A stretch of 64,000 bases of DNA from a virus. Its lineage: Duplodnaviria; Caudoviricetes. The stretch lies in IMG/VR virus record IMGVR_UViG_3300046517_001147, positions 4,463 to 68,462 of that record; one strand, written 5' to 3'. Below, piece after piece: positions 46,701 through 55,465 of the stretch (positions are counted from its first letter, which is position 1; the number at the start of each line of letters is the position of its first letter). A program made the position numbers and the translations under genes. Below the pieces are notes generated by a model. The model worked only from the letters and a program-made list of their open reading frames with translations. It ran no database searches and was not told where the DNA came from.

Positions 46701-46993
46701 TCATTAAGCGGCAAATTCTCGCGAAGGAAAAACAATTCGGCACGCCACAAGAGAAGGCTGGCGGTGGCAACCTGGATGATTCTCTAAAAAAGGCAGGGAA
46801 CGACCTGTTAGAAGCCTCAAAGCAACACAAAGCCGGAACTATGAGCGATGAAGATTACATGAAGGCTCGCAGGGCGCACGATGAGTTGCTTGCAAAATGG
46901 GAAGCTGCTCGCGGCGAGGCTCCTCCGACGGGTAAGAAATTAGAGAAGTTTCTTGCGCCTACTAATCCCAAAAAAGGCGCTGTAAACTTCTAA
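43673..46993 (+). CDS. large internal virion/ejection protein candidate
   Basis: 1106 aa; duplicated APDTLP.xFFD near the N-terminus; central Pro-rich tract. Confidence 0.6.
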   Translation: MAQGQSGSAVADAPDTLPSDFFDKKKPAAGEAPDTLPGNFFDEAQEEPSEKELPSSTPRLRKAVAAGKAPASTPTEFEKGHTPSPDDTGLWNRVTQGAKDVGKLLYGMGAGALEPTLGPVGGTPGKIADLATSYASRRIPNIGQEGNAGGRSPAYSALATGAQAAGIDPTGMEASAEHGDPMGVATHAAAQATPVGVAELARHVKIPDIGVKSGLADRFATPAIAPGLSEPATANLGEPIARRGVEKTLRATGMPSGNVGLRESFSIAAPDLAEIERKQPLGESGTKGGVIRPDMRLRQTVENIDNRLDDIWKKERQPQIDRNAELPAISREQLLGDATIDQLKRIEKTFKMDIPDQINLGEADKMLVKVNARLRRAEGMTPEARALALELSPDLQKFNEMKGELHKSIGDLLERVNEPGIKEFNRRYGALSEVRDALRTRMNPVEAERVLDAVRATGGLGRNVNLFERLHLKASPGRLAQKGLEDLAQSNLRINPPAQRPPVAGLLPPIPEPLPGPVPESGSVRGGRWTTPAGLIPPIAPIEGEYIPPPETTGADIPYAHQPTPPTVPPEFRVQAPRMRSGTIPPIEPVTSTTNLPGGGVRNAPLLPGPASIAATAPPPVASKFRIEPIVPATPPVTRGEIVGRGQLFKGPAQIPQIPPLMLPEKATGFAANKLPFKAPLEPTAPTKPIMEGAPPIERPTGQLPLKPEAERAAAMKEIKPPSAKGKIKPVAERLSTEEIAEAEGLLASEAGAMATGDRPGAYFDESEQGDVRLGSRGAQTRGGDWRGVKSGRRMYPFMRENPDVNPQAVLKALRNKDSAAYNKLITRADNFIKGNYEKPPGMGAMDFLKALENPDAEPETIEPGADVFAPPEQEAAPEPTPGRIPQIGKGQTGVIPGMEEDVARQNEGAAKVAGEKLTAEANRPKDISAAAGEMETKSPLFRGTEASPQREIFGNAPPAANEPPATIAPVLKETGWGYEGKNNLGQYTIRMPGTEVRIHLFERELNPDFIKRQILAKEKQFGTPQEKAGGGNLDDSLKKAGNDLLEASKQHKAGTMSDEDYMKARRAHDELLAKWEAARGEAPPTGKKLEKFLAPTNPKKGAVNF

Positions 46994-46994
46994 G

Positions 46995-47030
46995 TTGCAA
47001 TAGAACGCAGATTTGCGTATAACTTCCTGA
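46995..47030 (+). promoter_or_regulatory. leaderless promoter of the glycan cluster with operator 5
   Basis: TTGCAA-N17-TATAAC-N7-ATG; agaacgc-agattt-gcgtata at 47002-47021. Confidence 0.7.
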
Positions 47031-48875
47031 ATGCGAATCGGGTTAGTTACCAACTTCAAAGGGCGAGGACTGGAATGCGATGCTCGCCTAATCACTCCGC
47101 TGATTGAATCTGCAGGGCATACCGTTGAACGGCTGCAGTACGACGAAAAGCACCACGGCAATTTTGACCTGCTCATATTCCTAGAAGTGGTTCCGCGGCA
47201 TCTGGTACGTCTTTCCGACACTCCACCGTGGGTTATCGTCAATCCTGAATTTCTGGTTCCGGAATACATTTCCACCATTCGCCGGTCATTTGGACGGGTG
47301 TTCTCTAAAACTCACGAAGCGCAACGCATCTCGAAAGGACTGTTTGGAGATAAGGCGGAATATATCGGATTCCTCTCCGAAGACCGCTTCGATGAATCGA
47401 TTGAAAGGCAAATGACGTTCCTGCACGTCGCGGGACATAGCAAAGCCAAAGGAACGGACGCGATTATTGATGCTTGGCGCTGGACGCGGAACGGTGAACG
47501 GCTAAAAGCCAAGTTGACGGTGATAACCGATTTCCCGCCAGAGGATGTTCCCGAAGGCGTCACGATCTTGGAGAATGTGACCGATGCGGAACTGAAACGG
47601 CTGCAGAACGAGTGTCAGTTCCATTTGCAGCCTTCGCAGACCGAAGGATGGTCGCACGTCATTCACGAAGCAATGTCGGTGAACGCGACGATCTTGACCG
47701 TGGACGCTCCGCCGATGAATGAGATTAAATCGGCTTACCGGATTCCTTCCTGTGGTTCAACGCTATTCAATCTGGTGCGGATGTACGAAGTTTCGGCGCT
47801 GGATATATACACCGCGGTATCGACTATGGCGAAATTTAAGCGCCAAGGATATTCGCAAGCCGGGGCTCCGCGCAGTGAATTTCTGGATGCCGTGAACGCA
47901 TTCAAGGAAGCATTCACAGCGCAGTTGGCGACAGCCGGCCAAAGCGCGGCGGTTAGGAACGAGAAAGCAAGCCGGACGATCGCCTTTATTGGCAACTTCG
48001 AAGCGGAACACTCGACAGAAAATCAAATCCTGTGGGCTTTGGAGCAAAGGCTAGGCTATGAAGTCGATAAGCTGCAGGAAAACCGTATCAGCGCAGAGGA
48101 CATAGAGGATGCTGCTTTAGGAGCGCGCGCACTTCTTTGGGTTCGCACTCCCGGCTGGCTGCAGATAACCAACGAACGAATGTTCGAAGTTCTGGAATAC
48201 CTGAAACGGCGCAAGGTGGTGACCGCTTCGATTCACCTGGACAAGTTCTGGGACATACCGGAGCGGGAAGCGCTGATCGGTAAAATTCCCTTCTGGAAGA
48301 CAGATTACGTATTCACGGCGGATGGATCGCGGCAAGACGATTTCAAAGCGCGGGGAGTGAACCACATCTGGATGCGGCCAGCGGTTTCCGAAGTCTATTG
48401 CCATCCTGGGACGCCAAGAGAGGAGTACCGCTGCGATGTTGGATTTGTCGGAGCCAAAGGCGGCTATCACTCTGAATATCCTTTCCGGCAAAAGATGGTT
48501 GAGTTCCTAGAAGAGACTTATGGAAGCAGGTTCAAGCATATTCAAGGCGTTCGCGGCCACTTACTCAACGACGTTTACGCTTCGATGAAAGTGGTGGTCG
48601 GAGATTGCTTCGGCGCGGGGATTCCGTACTACTGGAGCGATCGGTTGCCGGAAACTTGCGGTCGTCATGGTTTCCTGTTGCATCCAGAGGTCGAGGGGCT
48701 GGATATTCCTACAGCAGAGTATAGGTCTCAAGATATTTCACATTTGCAAATCATGGTTGATTACTGGCTGCGCGAAGATTCTGGTCGCTTGGATGTTCTG
48801 GTTGATTGCGCTGAACGGGTGAAGCTATCGCATACCTGGACAATCCGCATGGCAGAGATTATGGAGCAACTGTGA
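47031..48875 (+). CDS. two-domain GT-B glycosyltransferase (GT4-like plus CgeB/Glyco_trans_1_2-like)
   Basis: HLQPSQTEGWSHVIHEAMS...DAPPMNE; second domain CDVGFVG...YWSDRLPETCG...HTWTIR. Confidence 0.85.
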   Translation: MRIGLVTNFKGRGLECDARLITPLIESAGHTVERLQYDEKHHGNFDLLIFLEVVPRHLVRLSDTPPWVIVNPEFLVPEYISTIRRSFGRVFSKTHEAQRISKGLFGDKAEYIGFLSEDRFDESIERQMTFLHVAGHSKAKGTDAIIDAWRWTRNGERLKAKLTVITDFPPEDVPEGVTILENVTDAELKRLQNECQFHLQPSQTEGWSHVIHEAMSVNATILTVDAPPMNEIKSAYRIPSCGSTLFNLVRMYEVSALDIYTAVSTMAKFKRQGYSQAGAPRSEFLDAVNAFKEAFTAQLATAGQSAAVRNEKASRTIAFIGNFEAEHSTENQILWALEQRLGYEVDKLQENRISAEDIEDAALGARALLWVRTPGWLQITNERMFEVLEYLKRRKVVTASIHLDKFWDIPEREALIGKIPFWKTDYVFTADGSRQDDFKARGVNHIWMRPAVSEVYCHPGTPREEYRCDVGFVGAKGGYHSEYPFRQKMVEFLEETYGSRFKHIQGVRGHLLNDVYASMKVVVGDCFGAGIPYYWSDRLPETCGRHGFLLHPEVEGLDIPTAEYRSQDISHLQIMVDYWLREDSGRLDVLVDCAERVKLSHTWTIRMAEIMEQL

Positions 48876-49738
48876 CCCGCGTCTATATTGCCGGCTATCG
48901 CGGATTCATCGGTGGTCACCTGATCGACTATGTGAAGAAAAACACAGATTGGGAGATTACCAATGTCTCCGGCATTCAGCCTAACCGTGTAAACTACGTC
49001 GTTCATCTTGCCGGTCACTCGGAAATGGATAGATCGATCGAAGACTCTTCTTTGATTCAAAGGGATATTTCTACGACGCTAAGTCTTTTAGATTGGGCGA
49101 AAACGCAAACGCAACTAGAAAAGTTCCTGTATTTTTCTAGCGATGAAGTCTTCGGGCCTAGAGGCGGACACCTGCATTTTGAACCGTGGGCCAGATACAA
49201 CTCGCACAGCCCCTATGCTGCCGGGAAAGCTGCTTGTGAAGAAATGTGCCTAGCGTGGGCCAGCACTTATGACGTGCCGACGGTCGTTACTCACTGCCAG
49301 AATCTAATCGGAGAGAGGCAATCGCCAAAAAAGTTTCTTCCGACAGTTCTGCGGTGTGCTCTTACTGGTAAGCCGGTCCCTCTCTATGCTGATGGAGATA
49401 CGGTAGCACAAAGGAATTTTCTACACGTGCAAGATGCGTGCGCTGCGATTGTGCTGCTGCTCCAAAAAGGGAAAGTACGAGAAAAATACAACATTGCTTC
49501 TAGGTTTTCTGTTTCCAGTAGAGACCTGGTTGAGATTGTTTCTAAAATCTTGCACATGAAGATAAAAATTGAGATGAGGCCAATTTGGGAAGTTCGGAAA
49601 GGCTTCTTTGTAGATCACGGAATAAATGGAGACGAACTAAGCTATTTGGGGTGGAAAAGGATGCCGCCGATGAGAACGCTCAAAAAGACAATCAGGTGGA
49701 TGATTCGACCGGAGAATAGACATTGGCTCGGCCTATAA
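48872..49738 (+). CDS. NDP-sugar 4,6-dehydratase/epimerase (RmlB-like SDR)
   Basis: IAGYRGFIGGH, HLAGHSEMDRSI, SSDEVFG, YAAGK, GERQSPKKFLP, RNFLHVQD. Confidence 0.9.
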   Translation: MTRVYIAGYRGFIGGHLIDYVKKNTDWEITNVSGIQPNRVNYVVHLAGHSEMDRSIEDSSLIQRDISTTLSLLDWAKTQTQLEKFLYFSSDEVFGPRGGHLHFEPWARYNSHSPYAAGKAACEEMCLAWASTYDVPTVVTHCQNLIGERQSPKKFLPTVLRCALTGKPVPLYADGDTVAQRNFLHVQDACAAIVLLLQKGKVREKYNIASRFSVSSRDLVEIVSKILHMKIKIEMRPIWEVRKGFFVDHGINGDELSYLGWKRMPPMRTLKKTIRWMIRPENRHWLGL

Positions 49739-50631
49739 ACGTCGTGTGGCATGCAATGTCAAACGGGCGCGGCCTGTTTAACTGTACGGCCATGCTCAAC
49801 GATATGCTGGACCTATACGACTGCCAGCACTACGGCGGCGCGAACGGGATGCCGCATTTCTTTTCATCCGGTGACGAAGGGGCAATCGTCGTTGTCCACG
49901 GCGGACGGGAGATAGGCGGACTCGAAAAACTGCAAAGGGACATTGACCAGCTAAATTGGTGCTTGCTCATTTTCCTGGGAGATGAAGAGGCGAGTTTTCC
50001 CGCGGAACTGGTGCAACACGAAAACATGATCGTTTGGGTGCAAGAGCCGCTTCCTGGGAAACACGACTTCGCGAAACGTTACATGGTCAACGGCTACGGC
50101 CACGAACACAACCGCTATCTCGTCAAGTGCGAGAAGGATTTGGACTGGTTTTACGGAGGACAAGTCACGCATGAACGGCGCCGTGCGGTGGTAGATGCGT
50201 TGCGGAATGTGGATTGGGGAGGCTTCATAATCGAAACGCGGGGCTATCACCAAGGAATTTCCCTGCAGGAATACTACCGCTGCTTATGCCGCGCAAAGGT
50301 CGTTCCATGCCCTTCCGGGCCTTTCTCTCCAGATGCCGCTAGAATTTGGGACACGCTAGAATGCGGGGGGATTCCTATTCTGGACGATGTAAGCCCTGCC
50401 AGAACGGAACCTGGATTCTGGGCGTACACTCTTGGCGAGCATCCTATGCCCGTCGTTACAGACTGGAGCAAACTTCCAGAATTGATCGCAAAAGTGAAAG
50501 ACGACTGGGTTGCACTTAGTTCAAACTGCCAATGGTGGTGGCATGCTTATCTAATGAAATTTAGAAGTTGGCTTTCGGAAGACATTGAGCAACTGACAGG
50601 AGCGCCGTGTACCAAAATCTCATCACGGTAA
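49723..50631 (+). CDS. exostosin (GT47)-like glycosyltransferase
   Basis: DWFYGGQ..H.RR, EYYRCLCRAKVVPCPSG, RIWDTLECGGIPI. Confidence 0.75.
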   Translation: MARPINVVWHAMSNGRGLFNCTAMLNDMLDLYDCQHYGGANGMPHFFSSGDEGAIVVVHGGREIGGLEKLQRDIDQLNWCLLIFLGDEEASFPAELVQHENMIVWVQEPLPGKHDFAKRYMVNGYGHEHNRYLVKCEKDLDWFYGGQVTHERRRAVVDALRNVDWGGFIIETRGYHQGISLQEYYRCLCRAKVVPCPSGPFSPDAARIWDTLECGGIPILDDVSPARTEPGFWAYTLGEHPMPVVTDWSKLPELIAKVKDDWVALSSNCQWWWHAYLMKFRSWLSEDIEQLTGAPCTKISSR

Positions 50632-51386
50632 TTACCAGCACTTCGCCGCTTGCTTCACACCCTTCATCGGAGATATTCGACAAGGTTTATGAAAGCACGC
50701 AATTCCATCTGCCGGGAGTCATCACGCATTTGTGTTGCGACGGCGTTCGCGAACCGGAGCACGAAAATAGACGCGCCGGGTACGAAGGCTACAAAGAAAA
50801 ACTCCGCAACCGTCCATTCATTCAAATGCGGGAATGGCCTAAATCGGTCCAGCAAGGGTTCATGGTGCGCTCGGCATTGCGGCACGTCACGACTCCTTTG
50901 GTGCTCTGGCAGGAGCATGACTACGCTCTTACTCTTGACCCGATCGACTGGGAAGGGATTATCAATGCCATTCAACAGGACCGGGCTCGCGTCGTTCGTT
51001 TCCATAACACTCCGGAGATTCACCCGCTTCACCAACACTTAATGCTTGATTGCTACGAAGGCGCCGACGGCGAGCATGGCGGAGTAAAAGTGTCCGACCC
51101 GCCACTGGTTTGTGGCGTGCCGATGATTCGCACCATACAGTTCTGGTGCTGCCCGTTCCTGACTACGACTGAATGGCTTTCTGGGATGATGGAAGACCCG
51201 ACCCTGTTTACTCCAAACACTTATTGCGAGATTGAGCCGGTGATTTACGGACCAATTTCCTATAGACCCTGGCAAGACTACAAGGTGATGGTCTACGCGC
51301 CGTCTGAACCTTCCATTCAGCGCAGTCAACATCTTGGCGGTCGCGGACACGACAATGCCGATCCAAAGAGGCCAATGACATGGTGA
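50607..51386 (+). CDS. GT-A fold glycosyltransferase
   Basis: ITVITSTS, CCDG, VTTPLVLWQEHD (DxD-equivalent), HLGGR. Confidence 0.7.
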   Translation: MYQNLITVITSTSPLASHPSSEIFDKVYESTQFHLPGVITHLCCDGVREPEHENRRAGYEGYKEKLRNRPFIQMREWPKSVQQGFMVRSALRHVTTPLVLWQEHDYALTLDPIDWEGIINAIQQDRARVVRFHNTPEIHPLHQHLMLDCYEGADGEHGGVKVSDPPLVCGVPMIRTIQFWCCPFLTTTEWLSGMMEDPTLFTPNTYCEIEPVIYGPISYRPWQDYKVMVYAPSEPSIQRSQHLGGRGHDNADPKRPMTW

Positions 51387-51937
51387 ACCTTGAACGCGCA
51401 GAGCAGGTAACCGGATGGATGAGCCGCCCCGAAATGGAATGGCTGGCAGAGCAAGCCAAGAATGGCCTGGTCGTCGAGATTGGCTCTTGGATGGGCCGCA
51501 CGACGCGCGCCATGGCCGACAACAAGCGGAGCGGGAATATCTTTGCCGTGGATACCTGGAAGGGCAGTGAAGAGAACCAGGACTTTCTAAAGGACAAGCC
51601 GGAAGATTACCTCTTCCAAGAGTTCTGCAAGAACCTGGCGGACCACATAGCAAGCGATGTAGTGACTCCCTTGCGGATGGATTCGATCGGTGCGGCTTAC
51701 CACTTTGCGCGCCTTGGAACACAGTTCCAGTTTGTCTTTATCGACGCGGCGCATGACTACGATTCGGTGAAGGCCGATATTCTGGCTTGGCGGCCGCTGG
51801 TGGCGCGGGGCGGGACTCTCGCCGGTCACGATTACGATTGGGGCTATCCTGGCGTGGTGCATGCCGTCCGCGAGCTAATTTCAGAAACACCTAATCAAGC
51901 TGCCGGCGGTTCTTCCATCTGGTACACGCAAATATGA
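51380..51937 (+). CDS. class I SAM methyltransferase (Methyltransf_24-like)
   Basis: VVEIGSWMGRTT, AVDTW, FVFIDAAHDYDSV, GGTLAGHDY. Confidence 0.9.
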   Translation: MVNLERAEQVTGWMSRPEMEWLAEQAKNGLVVEIGSWMGRTTRAMADNKRSGNIFAVDTWKGSEENQDFLKDKPEDYLFQEFCKNLADHIASDVVTPLRMDSIGAAYHFARLGTQFQFVFIDAAHDYDSVKADILAWRPLVARGGTLAGHDYDWGYPGVVHAVRELISETPNQAAGGSSIWYTQI

Positions 51938-52740
51938 CCAGGATAAATCGCATGGTTGACGGAGTGATTGTCGGGGATGAGATTGGAAGGTACGAAGCCG
52001 GAAACAAGTTTCGGCCGGTCGAAACGATCGATTTCGTAGAACAAGCCATTAACGACCGCTGGAACATCCGCATTCCCAGATGTATTGCCGAATATCACGG
52101 CTGGTGGGATACCTGGGAAAAAGAACGGCATCTTTCTATGGCCAAGCATCTCAAGCCGGGAATGTCGTTTTTCGATGTGGGAACGTGCGACGGTTGGGAA
52201 GCTGTAGTGTATTCCCAGATGATTGGTGGCGCCAAGAAAATGATGTTGATCGAACCTTCGGTAGTGATGTGGCCGAATATAAAACTCATGTGGGAGAAAA
52301 ACAGGCTGGCCAAGCCACTAGCTACTTATTGCGGTTTCGCGTCGGATGTGGACAGTTCCGATAGAAGCTCAGTGAACCATAGCCGCTGGCCAAGAGAAGC
52401 GCGTGGAGATTTTATGAAGGGCAACGCTTTCATGCTCATGGAACGGAATGAGCATGCCGCGATACCGCGCAGGAAACTAGACACATTGGCTTCGCAGACT
52501 TTTGTTCCCGACGCGATAAGCATTGATGTGGAGGGAGCGGAATTGCTGGTATTGCGGGGAGCGCGGAAAATTCTGGAGAAAAAACATCCTTTGGTCTGGG
52601 CGTCGATTCATCCTGAGTTTATCAAGAGGTTTGGACACACTCCGGATATGCTGCATGAGTTTATGACTGACTGTGGATACTCAGGCGAATATCTTGGGAA
52701 CGATCACGAAGATCACTATTTCTTTAAGGCAAAAAGATGA
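51934..52740 (+). CDS. FkbM-family methyltransferase
   Basis: FFDVGTCDG, IEP, ISIDVEGAELLVLRGA. Confidence 0.85.
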   Translation: MTRINRMVDGVIVGDEIGRYEAGNKFRPVETIDFVEQAINDRWNIRIPRCIAEYHGWWDTWEKERHLSMAKHLKPGMSFFDVGTCDGWEAVVYSQMIGGAKKMMLIEPSVVMWPNIKLMWEKNRLAKPLATYCGFASDVDSSDRSSVNHSRWPREARGDFMKGNAFMLMERNEHAAIPRRKLDTLASQTFVPDAISIDVEGAELLVLRGARKILEKKHPLVWASIHPEFIKRFGHTPDMLHEFMTDCGYSGEYLGNDHEDHYFFKAKR

Positions 52741-53828
52741 ACTGGCCTAGCGTCTCGATTGCTTTCCCTTGCTGGCACCGCGGAGCGCTGCTTCGGAACA
52801 CTCTTGAAAGCATCCGCAAGCAGAACTATCCCGGTGAATTGGAATTGATCGTAGTGGAAGAGGACGACGACGGTCTGACAGAAAACTTGGCAACGGAGTT
52901 CGGAGCGCGGTATATACGCAATCCGCGGCTAGAGGCTTTCCCGGTTTTTCAGTCCATTACAAAGCTCTGGAACATGTGTTTGCACGCGACCACCAATGAG
53001 ATTGTGATTCTGCAGTGTGCCGAAGTGCTGCACAAGAACGACGCGATAATCCCGCTGGTCGTTCGCGTTCTGGGTAACCGCAAAGTTTTGGCAACTCCAC
53101 TGATCGAAGACTTGAACCAGGATGGAACGTTCGCCGGCTGGTACAACCACCCGACCGAAGGCTCACGGCCGGGATGGGTTTCTGGCGCTGGACCACACTG
53201 CTTCCGCCGTGAGGAGATGCTAGAAGTCGGCGGCTATGAGGAGTTGTTCTACGGCTACGGTGGAGAGGACAACTATCTTTTCTTCTTACTCAAGAAAAAT
53301 GGATGGAGCGTTGAATACGTGGAATCTGCTATTTGCGCCCACCAATGGCATGAACGGACCAAGTACGAGCCAACGACCGGCTACGCTAACCGTTCGCTAA
53401 TCAACATTCTGACTATGGAAGTGGACAGAGGGACGCGCGCGCCGGTTGCCAACAAAGAACCTCTCGATTTGCGCGAGAGTCCCAATGTTTCGGAACTTAA
53501 CAATGTTCTGCTACGCACCAACTATTTTCCGATGAGCGACACTTTTTCAAACTGGCGTGCGGAGTGGTTGCAGATTGGCACGGAGACTCATCCCGACAAC
53601 CTGTTTGTGGTGCAACGGATTGTGGCCAATGAAGGATTGGGGAAGGTCTCGGAGATTGGGGAAGCGCTTACCGAATGCGCTTGGGCCATTCTGCGGGAGA
53701 CAGAGGCTAGGTTTGTGGCTGCCCTGGCTTACGGGAACTGGAAAACCAGAGCGTCTTTCTGCGCTGACATTCACGCAACTTGGGCTGCGCTTTCTCTCGA
53801 CAAAGCCAAACAGCTAATGGAGAAATGA
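52737..53828 (+). CDS. GT2/GT7-like glycosyltransferase
   Basis: VSIAFPCWHRGALLRNTLESI, VGGYEELFYGYGGED, HQWH. Confidence 0.85.
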   Translation: MNWPSVSIAFPCWHRGALLRNTLESIRKQNYPGELELIVVEEDDDGLTENLATEFGARYIRNPRLEAFPVFQSITKLWNMCLHATTNEIVILQCAEVLHKNDAIIPLVVRVLGNRKVLATPLIEDLNQDGTFAGWYNHPTEGSRPGWVSGAGPHCFRREEMLEVGGYEELFYGYGGEDNYLFFLLKKNGWSVEYVESAICAHQWHERTKYEPTTGYANRSLINILTMEVDRGTRAPVANKEPLDLRESPNVSELNNVLLRTNYFPMSDTFSNWRAEWLQIGTETHPDNLFVVQRIVANEGLGKVSEIGEALTECAWAILRETEARFVAALAYGNWKTRASFCADIHATWAALSLDKAKQLMEK

Positions 53829-54463
53829 TGAGGGCCGATTCTCCGGATGTGTCGATGTGGAAAGTGATAATCAATGAGCAAAACTACACTCCGAAGTCTG
53901 GTGATAGAGTCTTAGACCTGGGCGCGCACCACGGATTCTTTTCCATGTATTGCTCGGCGCGCGGAGCGCTGGTACGAGCCTTCGAGCCCGACCCGGACAA
54001 CTTCATTCAACTGGAACAAAAGATTGCCATTGCCAAGAATATGGACGCTCCTCCGTTTACCGCAATCCAGGCGGCGGTATGGAGCGAATCGGGGGAAAAA
54101 CTGTTGTGGCGAGACCCGGCCGACTCCGGCGCCAATTCCATGCTTCGGGCTATGTCCGATTTTTCGATCATGGTAAAGACGGTCAGTTTGTCGGAAGCCT
54201 TGTGCGGCAACCGATGGGACTGCGTAAAGGTGGACGTAGAGGGCGCGGAAGCGCAAATCTTCCTGACCGCAAAAGCAGAGAGTTACCGGCAGATCGCCTA
54301 CCTGACAATGGAGTTGCACAACGACGTGTTGACCCAAGAGCAAAACCGGGCGCTGGTGATGAGAATGCGAAAAGAGTTTCCGCGGGTAGTCGAAACGAAA
54401 CAATACTTCGAAGGGCTGCCAACGGAGTTTGCTTGCAAAGTGTTTTGTTGGGGGAGCGTATGA
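53825..54463 (+). CDS. FkbM-family methyltransferase
   Basis: VLDLGAHHGFFS, AFEPDPDNF, VKVDVEGAE, MELH. Confidence 0.9.
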   Translation: MMRADSPDVSMWKVIINEQNYTPKSGDRVLDLGAHHGFFSMYCSARGALVRAFEPDPDNFIQLEQKIAIAKNMDAPPFTAIQAAVWSESGEKLLWRDPADSGANSMLRAMSDFSIMVKTVSLSEALCGNRWDCVKVDVEGAEAQIFLTAKAESYRQIAYLTMELHNDVLTQEQNRALVMRMRKEFPRVVETKQYFEGLPTEFACKVFCWGSV

Positions 54464-55416
54464 AAGAAGTGGTGATTGTGCCGACGTTCCGTCGCGAAGA
54501 GTTGCTTCATTGCTGTTTGAGGCGGATTCGTTCTTTCGAAGGCGATATTCCCATTCGCGTTTTTCCGGATCGCGGCACTTCCTACGGTCACTTGGTTACC
54601 ACGATTTGCGATGAATTTGAGGCGGAGCAGCACATAGTTCCTATACATGATTCCTATGGAAACACGGCCAATGTGATGGATGCCTACTTCTGGGCCTACA
54701 ATAATGGCTACGATCGCGTCTTTTTTGTCGAGTCTGACGTGATGGTGCATTCTGACTTTTTCTCCTGGCATCGCGAGATGCAGGAAGAGTTTCCAGACAT
54801 TTTCTGTTCGATGGGCTGGATATTCAACCGCGAAGCACCGATCACCGATGACCTTCTTTTTCAACCCTGGTACTACAGTATCGGGACGTGCTTTTCGCGG
54901 GAGAAACTGAAACTGATCGCCAAGCATGCGACTGAACGGTATTACTCGGATATGGTTGGATACCTGGAACGGAATTTCGAGATGCCACGCAACTTCTCTG
55001 GCGTTCACTGGGAACAAGACGGGCTGATTCAACGAGTGCTCAATCAAGACAAGAGCCAGACGGTAGCGCCGGGAATTGCCAAGTGCTCGCACGTTGGAGC
55101 GGTCAGAAGTTATGGCGACGGCACGCAGCGGAGCTACGAAGAGTTTTTCGGCCTTAAAGATGTTCCATTTCTCGACCGGGTAAAGAAAGTTGAGGAGTTC
55201 ATTGCCGACCCCTACGCTCGGATGGCTGTATTCGGACGGGCTCTGGTCGAGCGGGAAGTGGGCAGAGTGCTCCCGAAACAGGAATTTAGCTATAGGCTTA
55301 TTTTTCCCGGCGGTTGGGAAAGCACCTTCAAATCTGAACTGAAACTGGCGGCTTTACCAAAGCGAAGGATTAATTCAGTCCCTATGACGGATGAAGCTAA
55401 AATCGTGCTAGAGTAG
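54460..55416 (+). CDS. GT-A fold glycosyltransferase
   Basis: VVIVPTFRREELL, VFFVESDVMVHSDFF, EQDGLI, HVG. Confidence 0.75.
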   Translation: MKEVVIVPTFRREELLHCCLRRIRSFEGDIPIRVFPDRGTSYGHLVTTICDEFEAEQHIVPIHDSYGNTANVMDAYFWAYNNGYDRVFFVESDVMVHSDFFSWHREMQEEFPDIFCSMGWIFNREAPITDDLLFQPWYYSIGTCFSREKLKLIAKHATERYYSDMVGYLERNFEMPRNFSGVHWEQDGLIQRVLNQDKSQTVAPGIAKCSHVGAVRSYGDGTQRSYEEFFGLKDVPFLDRVKKVEEFIADPYARMAVFGRALVEREVGRVLPKQEFSYRLIFPGGWESTFKSELKLAALPKRRINSVPMTDEAKIVLE

Positions 55417-55465
55417 CGAGCAATCGCAGTATCGGGCTGCGGCAAATCATTGAGAGGCAAGCCCG

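Noticed and set aside
43673-46993. Tape measure protein
   Set aside because: Pro-rich and without TMP repeats; no tail tube or chaperone genes; context fits podovirus ejection proteins.
53950-54459. N-terminal 170 aa of the 488-aa ORF in the track
   Set aside because: Overlaps the FkbM gene in another frame; the credible start is ATG 54460 with a GGGAG RBS.
47031-55416. Host LPS/EPS locus marking a prophage boundary
   Set aside because: Flanked on both sides by phage structural genes, carries the phage operator motif, and lacks transport or polymerase genes.
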